Shown here piece by piece: positions 18,594 to 26,729 of a stretch of DNA of 31,596 nucleotides. The position numbers were made by a program, and so were the translations under genes. Position 1 is the first letter of the stretch. Each line of letters begins with the position of its first letter. The DNA is from a virus (lineage: Duplodnaviria > Caudoviricetes): the IMG/VR virus record IMGVR_UViG_3300046778_000118, positions 1 to 31,596 of that record, one strand, 5' to 3'. The notes under the pieces are model-generated. The model saw only the letters and a program-made list of their open reading frames with translations, did not search any database and was not told where the DNA came from.

Positions 18594-19394
18594 CTATTGC
18601 CATGCAATTTTATGTCTAAATGCAACTACTTTATTATTATATCTGGTGGTATATCCATCATTATCAATAGTTACTCCAGGATATAAACCAAAGTGAGCAT
18701 GGGTATGGAAACTGAGAGGTAGGATACGCTCTGTAAACTCAGAATCTTTTTGAATTAGCCAACTCATTAACCATTGTGCATTAGGATAAACAATAAATTC
18801 ACCTTCTTTTTTCCACAAAGTAATAAACTTTTCAGCTAAAGTACGCCAAGTTGCCACAGTAGCAATACAACATCCTGTGTTATAACACCTTGGAATGATA
18901 TTATCAGGCCACCATTCTCTTGTAAATGCAAACATATCCTGCTTACATATCAATCTACTAGCTTCAGCCCAAATAGAATCTGTTTCACTAGCATTAAAAT
19001 TAACTCCAAAGTCCCCATACTTAAAAGATTTAATATAATTAAGCTCTTCATCACTAAAAGGACGCTGTAAAATTACATCTCCATCAATAAAAATGATAAT
19101 ATCGTCATCTGCAAGAAACCCATTAGGGTATGCAGCTAAAAAATCACCATACTGAGGACTTTTATGCTGATTTAAACATCGAATTGATGACAAATTCAAA
19201 AAATTTGTCATAAATCGTGTAGAATTTGTGTTTAAAAAACTTTGTGGGGCCGTTGGAGCAAAAACATCAAACCCTGTAGACAAAAAATCTAGTTTAATTT
19301 CAGGATTTGCATTTTCATTAAGGTGGAGTAAGCATTTTTGAACATTATGAAAGTAATTTTGGTCGGAAGAAAGAGAAATTCGTATGTTTGCCAT
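18594..19394 (-). CDS. GT-A fold glycosyltransferase-like protein (non-GT2 type)
   Basis: IIIFIDGDVILQRP (DxD motif) and CYNTGCC resembling the NxG motif of GT8-like enzymes. Confidence 0.6.
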   Translation of the reverse strand: MANIRISLSSDQNYFHNVQKCLLHLNENANPEIKLDFLSTGFDVFAPTAPQSFLNTNSTRFMTNFLNLSSIRCLNQHKSPQYGDFLAAYPNGFLADDDIIIFIDGDVILQRPFSDEELNYIKSFKYGDFGVNFNASETDSIWAEASRLICKQDMFAFTREWWPDNIIPRCYNTGCCIATVATWRTLAEKFITLWKKEGEFIVYPNAQWLMSWLIQKDSEFTERILPLSFHTHAHFGLYPGVTIDNDGYTTRYNNKVVAFRHKIAWQ

Positions 19395-19395
19395 A

Positions 19396-19953
19396 TTAAA
19401 CCTCTAATTTAGGTAATACAGATGCAAAATTTAATGCCATATCAGAAGGAAAAAGCTCTTCTAAAGTATATTTCTCCCAAAAATAACAGGGCTGAGAGTG
19501 TGTTTCGGGATAAGTTACCTTACTTCTATATACTTTAGCTAAAGTTTTATAAACTTCTGTTTCTTTTGGTTCCCAGTCGGGTCTTTCAATATAAATGATT
19601 CTTCCAACACGTGCATTGATAGCTGCTTTAAGGCACTCAGAGCAGGGTTTGTGTGTACAATAGAGCATTGTGCCTTTAGTGTCAAAAGGAGCATTAAGAA
19701 TTGCGTTTACTTCTGCATGAACAACGTAATCGTATTTATGATCAGGAGACCAAAGCTCCGGAGGCTCGGGAATTCCTGCTGGAAATCCATTATAGCCTAC
19801 AGATAATTGGCGAGTGTCTGGAGTTACAAGACATGCACCAACTTTTGTTCTAGGATCTTTAGACATAGAAACAGAAGTCATCCATGCTAAACGTAAATAG
19901 TGTACATCATATTTTTTTACTGATGACATAGTTAAACTTTCTTTAGGAGACAC
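19396..19953 (-). CDS. dCMP deaminase
   Basis: SKDPRTKVGA, GYNGFP, HAEVNAI and PCSEC zinc motifs. Confidence 0.92.
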   Translation of the reverse strand: MSPKESLTMSSVKKYDVHYLRLAWMTSVSMSKDPRTKVGACLVTPDTRQLSVGYNGFPAGIPEPPELWSPDHKYDYVVHAEVNAILNAPFDTKGTMLYCTHKPCSECLKAAINARVGRIIYIERPDWEPKETEVYKTLAKVYRSKVTYPETHSQPCYFWEKYTLEELFPSDMALNFASVLPKLEV

Positions 19954-19980
19954 CTATAAAAGGTGTCTCCTAATATATAT

Positions 19981-20679
19981 TTATTTTACGGTAGTTGTTT
20001 TTACTTCTACAGTAGTAGTTGTTTTAACTGGAGGAGTGGCTACTTTATCTTCGATGGGTGCAAAAGCCATTTTAGAATTTGTGGTTCTATATGTTGCAAC
20101 TCCAGCGCTAAGACTTGCCCCCATACCACGAATACTTCCCTTATCACTAGTGTCATAAGCCATAGTATTTGCGGCTAGTACACCCATTCCACTTCCTTCA
20201 GCAAAAACATCGAAGTTTGCTCCAATGAAGGAGAAATCCCAATCTTTTTCTGCAGTAAGTAGCTTAATACGCTCACCAATTTTTGCTTTAGTAGAAGTTT
20301 TACTTGCATTATTAGCACCGTCTGTTAAAGTTACAAAAAGAACTTTGTCAGGACGATCATTTGGGTTTAAAGTATTAAAGAAGTTAATAGCATTGTCAAT
20401 TGTACGATCCATAGAATCATACAAAGCTGTACTACCACGAGGAACAAACTTCTCTGTTGGAAATTCTAACTCAGAATTAAATGTAGTCCACGGAATCAAA
20501 ACATCATATTCAGTATCAAACTGAGCCATGAAGAAAAGATCGTTATTTCCAGCTAACTTTTTCTGATCAGAAATAAAAGTTTGTAACCCACCCACAATAT
20601 CTTCTTTAATAGATTGCATAGATCCAGATCTATCAAGAAGAATTACAATAGCCGCACGTTTATGATTAATATTATTCAT
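19981..20679 (-). CDS. von Willebrand factor A domain protein
   Basis: MIDAS LLDRSGSM, PRGSTALYD, LTDG and FIGAN; Thr-rich C-terminal tail. Confidence 0.9.
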   Translation of the reverse strand: MNNINHKRAAIVILLDRSGSMQSIKEDIVGGLQTFISDQKKLAGNNDLFFMAQFDTEYDVLIPWTTFNSELEFPTEKFVPRGSTALYDSMDRTIDNAINFFNTLNPNDRPDKVLFVTLTDGANNASKTSTKAKIGERIKLLTAEKDWDFSFIGANFDVFAEGSGMGVLAANTMAYDTSDKGSIRGMGASLSAGVATYRTTNSKMAFAPIEDKVATPPVKTTTTVEVKTTTVK

Positions 20680-20691
20680 TATTTTTTCTTT

Positions 20692-20997
20692 CTACTGAGG
20701 AATTTTCTCAGTAAGGATAGCTCTTGCTTTTGAAGATGCTTCCTCTAATTCTTTTATACTTAGACCACCAATATACTCAGACTCTCCAGTAACTAAATCA
20801 TAAAGAATTAGTCCAAAAGAGTAGGAATCTAAAGGTGGTCTATCTGTAGCATTTAAGTATAGATAATAAACACAAGGAGAGAGATTTAATTCTAAAGAAT
20901 AAAAAGTCTCTCCTATACAAATCATATTTAAACTCATTGTATTTTTAGGTAAATTATTTTTGCGGTTTTCCATTAATGAGTTAATGTCTATACTCAT
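20692..20997 (-). CDS. Hypothetical protein (101 aa)
   Basis: Overlap-coupled ORF. Confidence 0.55.
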   Translation of the reverse strand: MSIDINSLMENRKNNLPKNTMSLNMICIGETFYSLELNLSPCVYYLYLNATDRPPLDSYSFGLILYDLVTGESEYIGGLSIKELEEASSKARAILTEKIPQ

Positions 20998-21233
20998 TTT
21001 AGTTTTTCTGCAAGTTCTAGAATTGCTGCTTTACTAATAACACCAATTTCATGAATTATTCCTAATTCATTTATATCTACCAGTGCATAATACTGAGAAG
21101 CAATCGAAGATGTTTCTTCTTTTAAATCCATTCGACTTACAGTATCAACAGACACATCAAAAAAAACATTTTCTGTATCTATAATACATAGACTTTTATA
21201 TCTATCTTTCATTGTAGCCATAATATTTTTCAT
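20994..21233 (-). CDS. Hypothetical protein (79 aa)
   Basis: GAGGAG upstream; overlap-coupled. Confidence 0.6.
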   Translation of the reverse strand: MKNIMATMKDRYKSLCIIDTENVFFDVSVDTVSRMDLKEETSSIASQYYALVDINELGIIHEIGVISKAAILELAEKLK

Positions 21234-22092
21234 ACTCCTCAGGATACTTAGACTTAACCCAATCCTCTAATGTTAACGAAGTTTTCAAGAAAGTTGCCTC
21301 ACCTTTGTATTCATCTTCAATAGCACCAATTGAAGGCTTACTCCAATGCCATCCTTCTAATTCCATAATATACCCTTTAGTAGATATACTAGGGGAACTT
21401 CGTAATGACCAGTCTGCATCCTCAGAGCCAAACACAGCACCTGCATTCATTGCCCTGTAGGAGCCTCCACAAGCCTCAAATACGGCTTGTGGAACACAAT
21501 GGCAATAACCTGCCACACCGTCATAATGATAAATGGTAGCCTCCGAAATTCTATACTCAGATAATAAAAGTTCTCTATTCAACGAAGGAAATAAAGTATC
21601 TGACTTTATCTTTTCTCCGACTGTATCAGATAAATCTAATTTAGAGATAAGCTGAGGAGATGCTCCTTGAGAATAGTATTGCATTCCTTTAGGAGTTTCT
21701 TTTTTTACTGAGGGTGAGAGCAATCTATATTGAGGATATTTCTGGAATATCCTCAATATAGTAGAATCCCAAAGTGGAGGCACACCATAATCATGATCCA
21801 ACTTAACTACCATGTCATAAGACATAGCCATTGCACGAGATAAAGATTTATTAGTGCATTCTAAAGCAGTTACACGCTCAGGTAAACTGATGATGGTAAA
21901 GATAGCATTCTCAGCTAACTTATTTCCCCACTCTTTTTGAATAGTTTCTCTAACTACCCCTAAAGTATTATCTTTAGACCCATTGTCACAAATTACCAAA
22001 TGAAAGTTTGTTTCTGTATGGCGAATTAAACTTGTAATTACTTGACCAATTAAAGGCTCAATATTACATACAGGTAAACCAACATAAATCAT
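21202..22092 (-). CDS. GT2 family glycosyltransferase
   Basis: LPVCN, ICDNGSKDNT, VVKLDHD and FGSEDADWSLR. Confidence 0.88.
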   Translation of the reverse strand: MIYVGLPVCNIEPLIGQVITSLIRHTETNFHLVICDNGSKDNTLGVVRETIQKEWGNKLAENAIFTIISLPERVTALECTNKSLSRAMAMSYDMVVKLDHDYGVPPLWDSTILRIFQKYPQYRLLSPSVKKETPKGMQYYSQGASPQLISKLDLSDTVGEKIKSDTLFPSLNRELLLSEYRISEATIYHYDGVAGYCHCVPQAVFEACGGSYRAMNAGAVFGSEDADWSLRSSPSISTKGYIMELEGWHWSKPSIGAIEDEYKGEATFLKTSLTLEDWVKSKYPEEYEKYYGYNER

Positions 22093-22106
22093 ATTAACAA
22101 ACCTTT

Positions 22107-22493
22107 CTAAATATCAGATACAAAACTATATCGATTATATAAAGTAGAACGACCAATTGTTTTGGGCATACCAAATCCATTAGTATCGTATAAATCATTG
22201 TATAACCAATATGTTGCACCCAACATAGTTTCTGAATGAGGGACATCCACACAATCTTCAGATGAAGAAAAACACCCCAATGATATAGATGTTACATAAT
22301 TTATAGACTCAGATTCAAAAGGAACACACTGACTGCTTACATAAATTATACGAGGATGATACCGAGAGAAATCAACAACTCTACTCAAAAACCACATCAA
22401 TGAAGATCTATCCGTAGAAACCGAGGGAGAGAACTTAGACAAAGGATTTGAACTGAGTAACGATTTGTAATACTCATTATATTCAATTGACAT
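22107..22493 (-). CDS. Hypothetical protein (128 aa)
   Basis: Stop/start-coupled ORF. Confidence 0.55.
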   Translation of the reverse strand: MSIEYNEYYKSLLSSNPLSKFSPSVSTDRSSLMWFLSRVVDFSRYHPRIIYVSSQCVPFESESINYVTSISLGCFSSSEDCVDVPHSETMLGATYWLYNDLYDTNGFGMPKTIGRSTLYNRYSFVSDI

Positions 22494-22861
22494 TAACCAC
22501 TCTCACTTACACCCAATATACCTACACCATTTTCCTTATTTAATACACCGTTAGATTTTAAAACATCTTTTACGGCAATAAAAAAGGAATAGTACTCACT
22601 ATCGGATAAATATAAAACATGATTATCTTGATATTTATCAAGTATTCTTTTAAATTTATCTAATTCACGAGAATTAACTAGAGATAATTTGTAAGCCGTA
22701 GATAAATATCTACCTCGGGCAGAAAAGAACAACCTATAAAGAAAACTACGAGATAAATAATCTACATAGGCTGACTTTATAGACGTATCAAAAGGCTCAT
22801 TAACACTTACAACAGTATTAATTGCATATAGCATTTCACTTTTACTTATAGGTATTAACAT
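22493..22861 (-). CDS. Hypothetical protein (122 aa)
   Basis: Overlap-coupled ORF. Confidence 0.55.
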   Translation of the reverse strand: MLIPISKSEMLYAINTVVSVNEPFDTSIKSAYVDYLSRSFLYRLFFSARGRYLSTAYKLSLVNSRELDKFKRILDKYQDNHVLYLSDSEYYSFFIAVKDVLKSNGVLNKENGVGILGVSESG

Positions 22862-23673
22862 TCTAAACCTGTTTTAGGATCAAAGTATAAAGGCTTTTCA
22901 CCACGTTGAATTAAACTTTTTTCTAACATATAAATCCTATTATATTGTAAAGCTTCAGATTTCATGTCAGCTAAATAGTCTTGGTAGTTGGGGCAATCAA
23001 GATGTTCTCCTTCAATTCTAATTGGATCGACGTACCAATCTAGTGTTGAACGTAATAGCCCCGACTTCTTTAGTCGTAAACCATAATGAACATCATGGAA
23101 TCCCCAGTTTTGTGGGAAGGATACACAATCATATCCGCCCAGTACTTCAGCTACTTCTCGGTTAATTACATTTGTAGTTCCCCACCATTCTTCATACATG
23201 TCAAGGATGACAGACGATCCTGTAGAAGGTACAAATTTGCTATGACCATGACAATGCTCTTTATGGGGTTGAATCATGTATGCTTTTAAAGATGGAGCAC
23301 GATCTGCTAAATCTTTAATTTTAGTAATCCAGCTAGTATCTTTAAACCATTGATCACAATCTGACATTACTAAACGATTATACTTTGGCATTTTTTGAAA
23401 CTGGAGAATGGCTTGGTTTCTACCTTTTGCCCAACCAACTTGGGGCAAATTATATATCATAGAAACATTTTCATTCTCTAAATTAAATTTATCAAGTCTT
23501 GCTACAATAGAAGGATCATCACCTTCTTCACTACCGTTAAAAACAAAAAGAACATCCAGTAATCCTGGATGTTCTTTTAATGCCAACTCCACACAATCTA
23601 AATGCTTATGAATAACCAAAGCACGATCAGACTGAGAAGCTGGACTCCAAATTAAACTAGAAAACAATATCAT
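22855..23673 (-). CDS. GT-A fold glycosyltransferase (GT2-like), paralog of 14232..15014
   Basis: WAKGRN, MSDCD and LGGYD...WGFHDVHYGLR. Confidence 0.8.
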   Translation of the reverse strand: MILFSSLIWSPASQSDRALVIHKHLDCVELALKEHPGLLDVLFVFNGSEEGDDPSIVARLDKFNLENENVSMIYNLPQVGWAKGRNQAILQFQKMPKYNRLVMSDCDQWFKDTSWITKIKDLADRAPSLKAYMIQPHKEHCHGHSKFVPSTGSSVILDMYEEWWGTTNVINREVAEVLGGYDCVSFPQNWGFHDVHYGLRLKKSGLLRSTLDWYVDPIRIEGEHLDCPNYQDYLADMKSEALQYNRIYMLEKSLIQRGEKPLYFDPKTGLEC

Positions 23674-24033
23674 TTATTTTTTGGCTTTCTTATTTTTCTT
23701 TCTCTTTTTCGACGAAGAAACTTCCTTGCTTGAATGTATCTCATAATTATCACCCTCATCCTCAGAATCTTTTTCACCAACTAATACATGACCTGTAAAA
23801 GTCGATAACGGAGCTTTAATAGAAACATAAGACGTATGGGGCAAATACTTTGAACCATTTTTTAATTCGTAATCCTCACGAAGCGAAGAAGATTGTTCGC
23901 CAAGTACACGAAGCAAATCTTCATTTGTTGAACAATGGAGAGTATGCTTGATTTCACCATATTCATCCAATATACATAATACCCAACCACTTTCAGTTAG
24001 ACTGATAGCAAAACTTATAGGCAACCCTAACAT
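23674..24033 (-). CDS. Hypothetical protein with a basic C-terminal tail
   Basis: GGGAG upstream; ends KKRKKNKKAKK. Confidence 0.6.
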   Translation of the reverse strand: MLGLPISFAISLTESGWVLCILDEYGEIKHTLHCSTNEDLLRVLGEQSSSLREDYELKNGSKYLPHTSYVSIKAPLSTFTGHVLVGEKDSEDEGDNYEIHSSKEVSSSKKRKKNKKAKK

Positions 24034-24037
24034 AACG

Positions 24038-24550
24038 TTATCTCCCAGCTACACTACCCTTGGTGGCATAATTAAAAAAACAACGGCGAACATCAATCAC
24101 CACAACCCCAATTCCAGAATAATAACCCCTAAAAGAAGCTAAACTCTTACTAAACCAATCCTGTAAACTACCGGAAACCAAATAAGTTAACTCCTCAACA
24201 ATATAATTAACATTATTGGAAGGTATCCTCTCCACCAAATACATATGCACAATGGAAGGATAACATATAATACGAATCGTTGCACCCATATCAATTATAT
24301 TAGAAATTACCTCACTCTTTAACCAACGCTTACGACAATAGCGAGCAACTCTTACCTGAACAGGAGTAATCTCACTACCACCATATCCCACATATGAAGA
24401 ACTAACCTTATCACCCAATAAGTCCTCACCATCAGAAGTACCCGTAGAAGACTCCACAAACCCCATAGACGAACGATCTACCGAATCTGACGTATTCATA
24501 CGAGTCTCATTAATTAAAGACTTATTACGACGATGCTTCCTACTAGACAT
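24038..24550 (-). CDS. Hypothetical protein (170 aa), first gene of the leftward arm
   Basis: ATG preceded by AGGT, with a basic N-terminus. Confidence 0.55.
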   Translation of the reverse strand: MSSRKHRRNKSLINETRMNTSDSVDRSSMGFVESSTGTSDGEDLLGDKVSSSYVGYGGSEITPVQVRVARYCRKRWLKSEVISNIIDMGATIRIICYPSIVHMYLVERIPSNNVNYIVEELTYLVSGSLQDWFSKSLASFRGYYSGIGVVVIDVRRCFFNYATKGSVAGR

Positions 24551-24601
24551 AGTTTACCTGCCTATTGCTTAACACTGCTTTCAACAATATTAAGTCTGCA
24601 C

Positions 24602-24637
24602 AGAAAACTATATTTCCTATAAAAAATATAGTTTTCT
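24602..24637. repeat. 14-bp perfect inverted repeat
   Basis: AGAAAACTATATTT (24602-24615) pairs with AAATATAGTTTTCT (24624-24637). Confidence 0.85.
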
Positions 24638-24711
24638 ATTTTTTATTAAGACACACAAGATAGAGGGCCATACCCTTTTATATAAACCCCCACCCCAATT
24701 TATTAAGTATT

Positions 24712-24768
24712 TTTTTGGAGAGAGGAGAGAGGTAAAAAGATAGAAATTTTTGGAGAGAGGAGAGAGGT
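24712..24768. repeat. 22-bp purine-rich direct repeat, two copies
   Basis: TTTTTGGAGAGAGGAGAGAGGT at 24712-24733 and 24747-24768 (35-bp period). Confidence 0.9.
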
Positions 24769-24980
24769 CTCAGTATACCCATGTTAAAGAAACTACCTGG
24801 GGGTATGTTTTTAGTGGAGGCCGGTACAGCGTGTACCGCAACCTTTCTAACATCTAGCCTTACACTTGTTCATGATCTTGCGGACAGGATCAAACTCAAA
24901 TGTTCATGTGTAATGAGACGATGCTAACTGGGTTACTTGGTCAAGCTTCCTAAGCTTGTCCTATTCAAAAGGAAACTACT

Positions 24981-25574
24981 ATGTCAACTAACAACACCAA
25001 CTCTACGTCTACCAACAACAACGACACCAAGGATAAACAAATGTTCACTATCAACAACATTACTATTGGGGAATTCGTCACCCCTACAATCGTCAAGGTC
25101 ACCAACATCAGTGTGGAATCTGCCTCTGCAGTCGAGACCTACCTCAACACCAACACCAATGCTGAACTGTTCACTCGCAAGGATGGCGTGAAGTTCATCC
25201 GTGTCAAGTGTACTGAGAGCATGTTCGTGTTCTTGTTCCAGATCGCCAAAGATTGGGGATTCCAGGCAATCGCCAAGTATGTCTGGTCTGCAATCGTCGA
25301 AGGTTGCAAGGAAGGCTGGAAGGTTGTGGTTAACTTCTTCAATACTCTTCCTGAGACGGCTAAAGCCAAGTGGGCTGAGTTTGTTTACATCTGCAACAAC
25401 TTGGGTAATGTGAGCTTGGCTGACTGGATGAAGGTCATTGCTAACATTATCATCACTGTGGCATGTGCCGCTATTGTGATTGCTTACCCTACGCTTGCCG
25501 TTACTTTACTGGTGACTGGTTGGGCATGTGGTCTCTGGAACTACTTGTCTGTGTTTGTTCACAACAACAGCTAA
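24981..25574 (+). CDS. Hypothetical membrane protein, first gene of the rightward arm
   Basis: AAGGA SD, Asn/Thr-rich N-terminus and two C-terminal hydrophobic helices. Confidence 0.75.
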   Translation: MSTNNTNSTSTNNNDTKDKQMFTINNITIGEFVTPTIVKVTNISVESASAVETYLNTNTNAELFTRKDGVKFIRVKCTESMFVFLFQIAKDWGFQAIAKYVWSAIVEGCKEGWKVVVNFFNTLPETAKAKWAEFVYICNNLGNVSLADWMKVIANIIITVACAAIVIAYPTLAVTLLVTGWACGLWNYLSVFVHNNS

Positions 25575-25586
25575 TACTTAAGTAAA

Positions 25587-25623
25587 ATATAGGAACAATA
25601 CCTTAATGGTATTGTTCCTATAT
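25587..25623. other. 16-bp perfect hairpin immediately 5' of hammerhead 1
   Basis: ATATAGGAACAATACC - TTAAT - GGTATTGTTCCTATAT. Confidence 0.8.
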
Positions 25624-25680
25624 AGAGTCGTAAGCTCTCATGCTTACCTGATGATGGCCTAATTGAGGGCCGAAACTCTA
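25623..25680 (+). ncRNA. Type III hammerhead ribozyme 1
   Basis: Stem III UAGAG/CUCUA, GUC site (cleavage 3' of C25629), stem I GUAAGC/GCUUAC, CUGAUGA (25648-25654), an extra U, stem II GGCC/GGCC, and GAAA (25672-25675). Confidence 0.92.
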
Positions 25681-25703
25681 ACTCATCAGTGAAAGTCACA
25701 ACA

Positions 25704-26018
25704 ATGAACACTACTATCTATGTCACCCTCTCCACCACCATTTCTACTGTCAATGCTTTGCACATGCGTGTGCTGGGGGAAACAACTACCACTAGTACCC
25801 TGACCTTCTCGGAGGCGATTAATTCCCTCAATGCATTACAGTCTGCTACAATGGATGCGTTTCACTTCGAAGGTGGGGACAACTTTATCAATCCTGTTTA
25901 TGTCTTCTCCAAGGAGATGGGCGATGTAAAGGAGATTGTTCGCCAGGATATGCTCATCACTTGGGAAACAATTTCTGATGATGAGAATGCTCTAATCATT
26001 GGAGTGTTCTCTAAGTAA
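25704..26018 (+). CDS. Hypothetical protein (104 aa) downstream of hammerhead 1
   Basis: Track ORF 25689..26018; ATG 25704 is the likelier start. Confidence 0.65.
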   Translation: MNTTIYVTLSTTISTVNALHMRVLGETTTTSTLTFSEAINSLNALQSATMDAFHFEGGDNFINPVYVFSKEMGDVKEIVRQDMLITWETISDDENALIIGVFSK

Positions 26019-26025
26019 TTGTTAT

Positions 26026-26073
26026 AAGCTGGGGAATGAGTTGTCAAAACCTTGTAATCCATTCTCCAGTTTT
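26026..26073 (+). repeat. Repeated stem-loop, copy A (terminator- or RNase III-like)
   Basis: AAGCTGGGGAATG...CATTCTCCAGTTT, followed by T's. Confidence 0.75.
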
Positions 26074-26106
26074 CTGTTTATGTCACTAAAGAAAGAATCT
26101 ACTAAA

Positions 26107-26391
26107 ATGAAACAACTAATCTCTACACTTCAAATCAACAACAATATTGTTACCTTCATTAATGAGGGTAATCTAGTTTTAGGGTCCTTTTGGGGCCTGG
26201 AGTACCCTAACTTCTGGAAGTTGGTTACTATTGAGGGAGATCTTGTAACAATAACATTTCCCTCCAGTATTACATATATCTGGCATACTGAGTATAATAT
26301 CACTCTCCGCACTGAGAATATTTACTTTACTATCCGGAGAAATATAACACTAGAAGGGATTGAGTGGATACCTGGAGCCCAAGTAAAATAA
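26107..26391 (+). CDS. Hypothetical protein (94 aa)
   Basis: Likely start is ATG 26107 (MKQLIST), since the track's upstream extension runs through the hairpin. Confidence 0.6.
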   Translation: MKQLISTLQINNNIVTFINEGNLVLGSFWGLEYPNFWKLVTIEGDLVTITFPSSITYIWHTEYNITLRTENIYFTIRRNITLEGIEWIPGAQVK

Positions 26392-26404
26392 TATTTAAGT
26401 AATA

Positions 26405-26432
26405 TGGAAGGACACGCACATGTGTCCTTCCA
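26405..26432. other. 11-bp hairpin
   Basis: TGGAAGGACAC pairs with GTGTCCTTCCA. Confidence 0.75.
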
Positions 26433-26459
26433 CTCTCTATTCCAAAGAAAAATAATCAA

Positions 26460-26588
26460 ATGAAAATCACTGTCACAATTTCCCGCAAGTCAACTCCTGT
26501 TCTAACTTTGTCTGTTCCTCTAGACAAGGCAGATGAAATTATTCAGATGGCTCTAAGCTATGGATTGGAGTATCATATCTGGGAATAA
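26460..26588 (+). CDS. 42-aa small protein MKITVTISRKSTPVLTLSVPLDKADEIIQMALSYGLEYHIWE
   Basis: Not in the track. It fills the space between two hairpins and has an A-rich leader. Confidence 0.6.
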   Translation: MKITVTISRKSTPVLTLSVPLDKADEIIQMALSYGLEYHIWE

Positions 26589-26602
26589 ACTAAATAAATA
26601 AG

Positions 26603-26650
26603 AAGCTGGGGAATGGATCTTGAACATATTAAAATCCATTCTCCAGTTTC
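26603..26650 (+). repeat. Repeated stem-loop, copy B
   Basis: AAGCTGGGGAATGGAT...ATCCATTCTCCAGTTT: same arms as copy A with a different loop. Confidence 0.75.
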
Positions 26651-26667
26651 TTTGAAAGTATTATATC

Positions 26668-26729
26668 AATAGAGTCGTAGGTCACTCAACCTACCTGATG
26701 ATGGCTAAATCGAAAGCCGAAACTCTATT
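26668..26729 (+). ncRNA. Type III hammerhead ribozyme 2
   Basis: Stem III AAUAGAG/CUCUAUU, GUC site (cleavage 3' of C26676), stem I GUAGGU/ACCUAC, CUGAUGA (26695-26701), an extra U, stem II GGCU/AGCC, and GAAA (26719-26722). Stems covary with hammerhead 1. Confidence 0.93.

Noticed and set aside
11929-24142. Short plus-strand ORFs in the left arm (11929, 12870, 17372, 19963, 20225, 23086, 23408, 23948)
   Set aside because: Antisense to well-supported, tightly packed minus-strand genes.
24712-24768. Repeat-spacer-repeat as a mini CRISPR array
   Set aside because: Only two low-complexity, non-palindromic copies with a 13-nt gap, and no cas genes.
25975-25981. Further CTGATGA heptamers (here and inside other genes) as extra hammerheads
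   Set aside because: They lie within coding sequence and lack stem II followed by GAAA and the flanking stems.
24937-26312. ORFs 24937..25191, 25139..25369, 25201..25413 and 26130..26312
   Set aside because: They overlap better-supported genes in other frames or strands and lack convincing starts.
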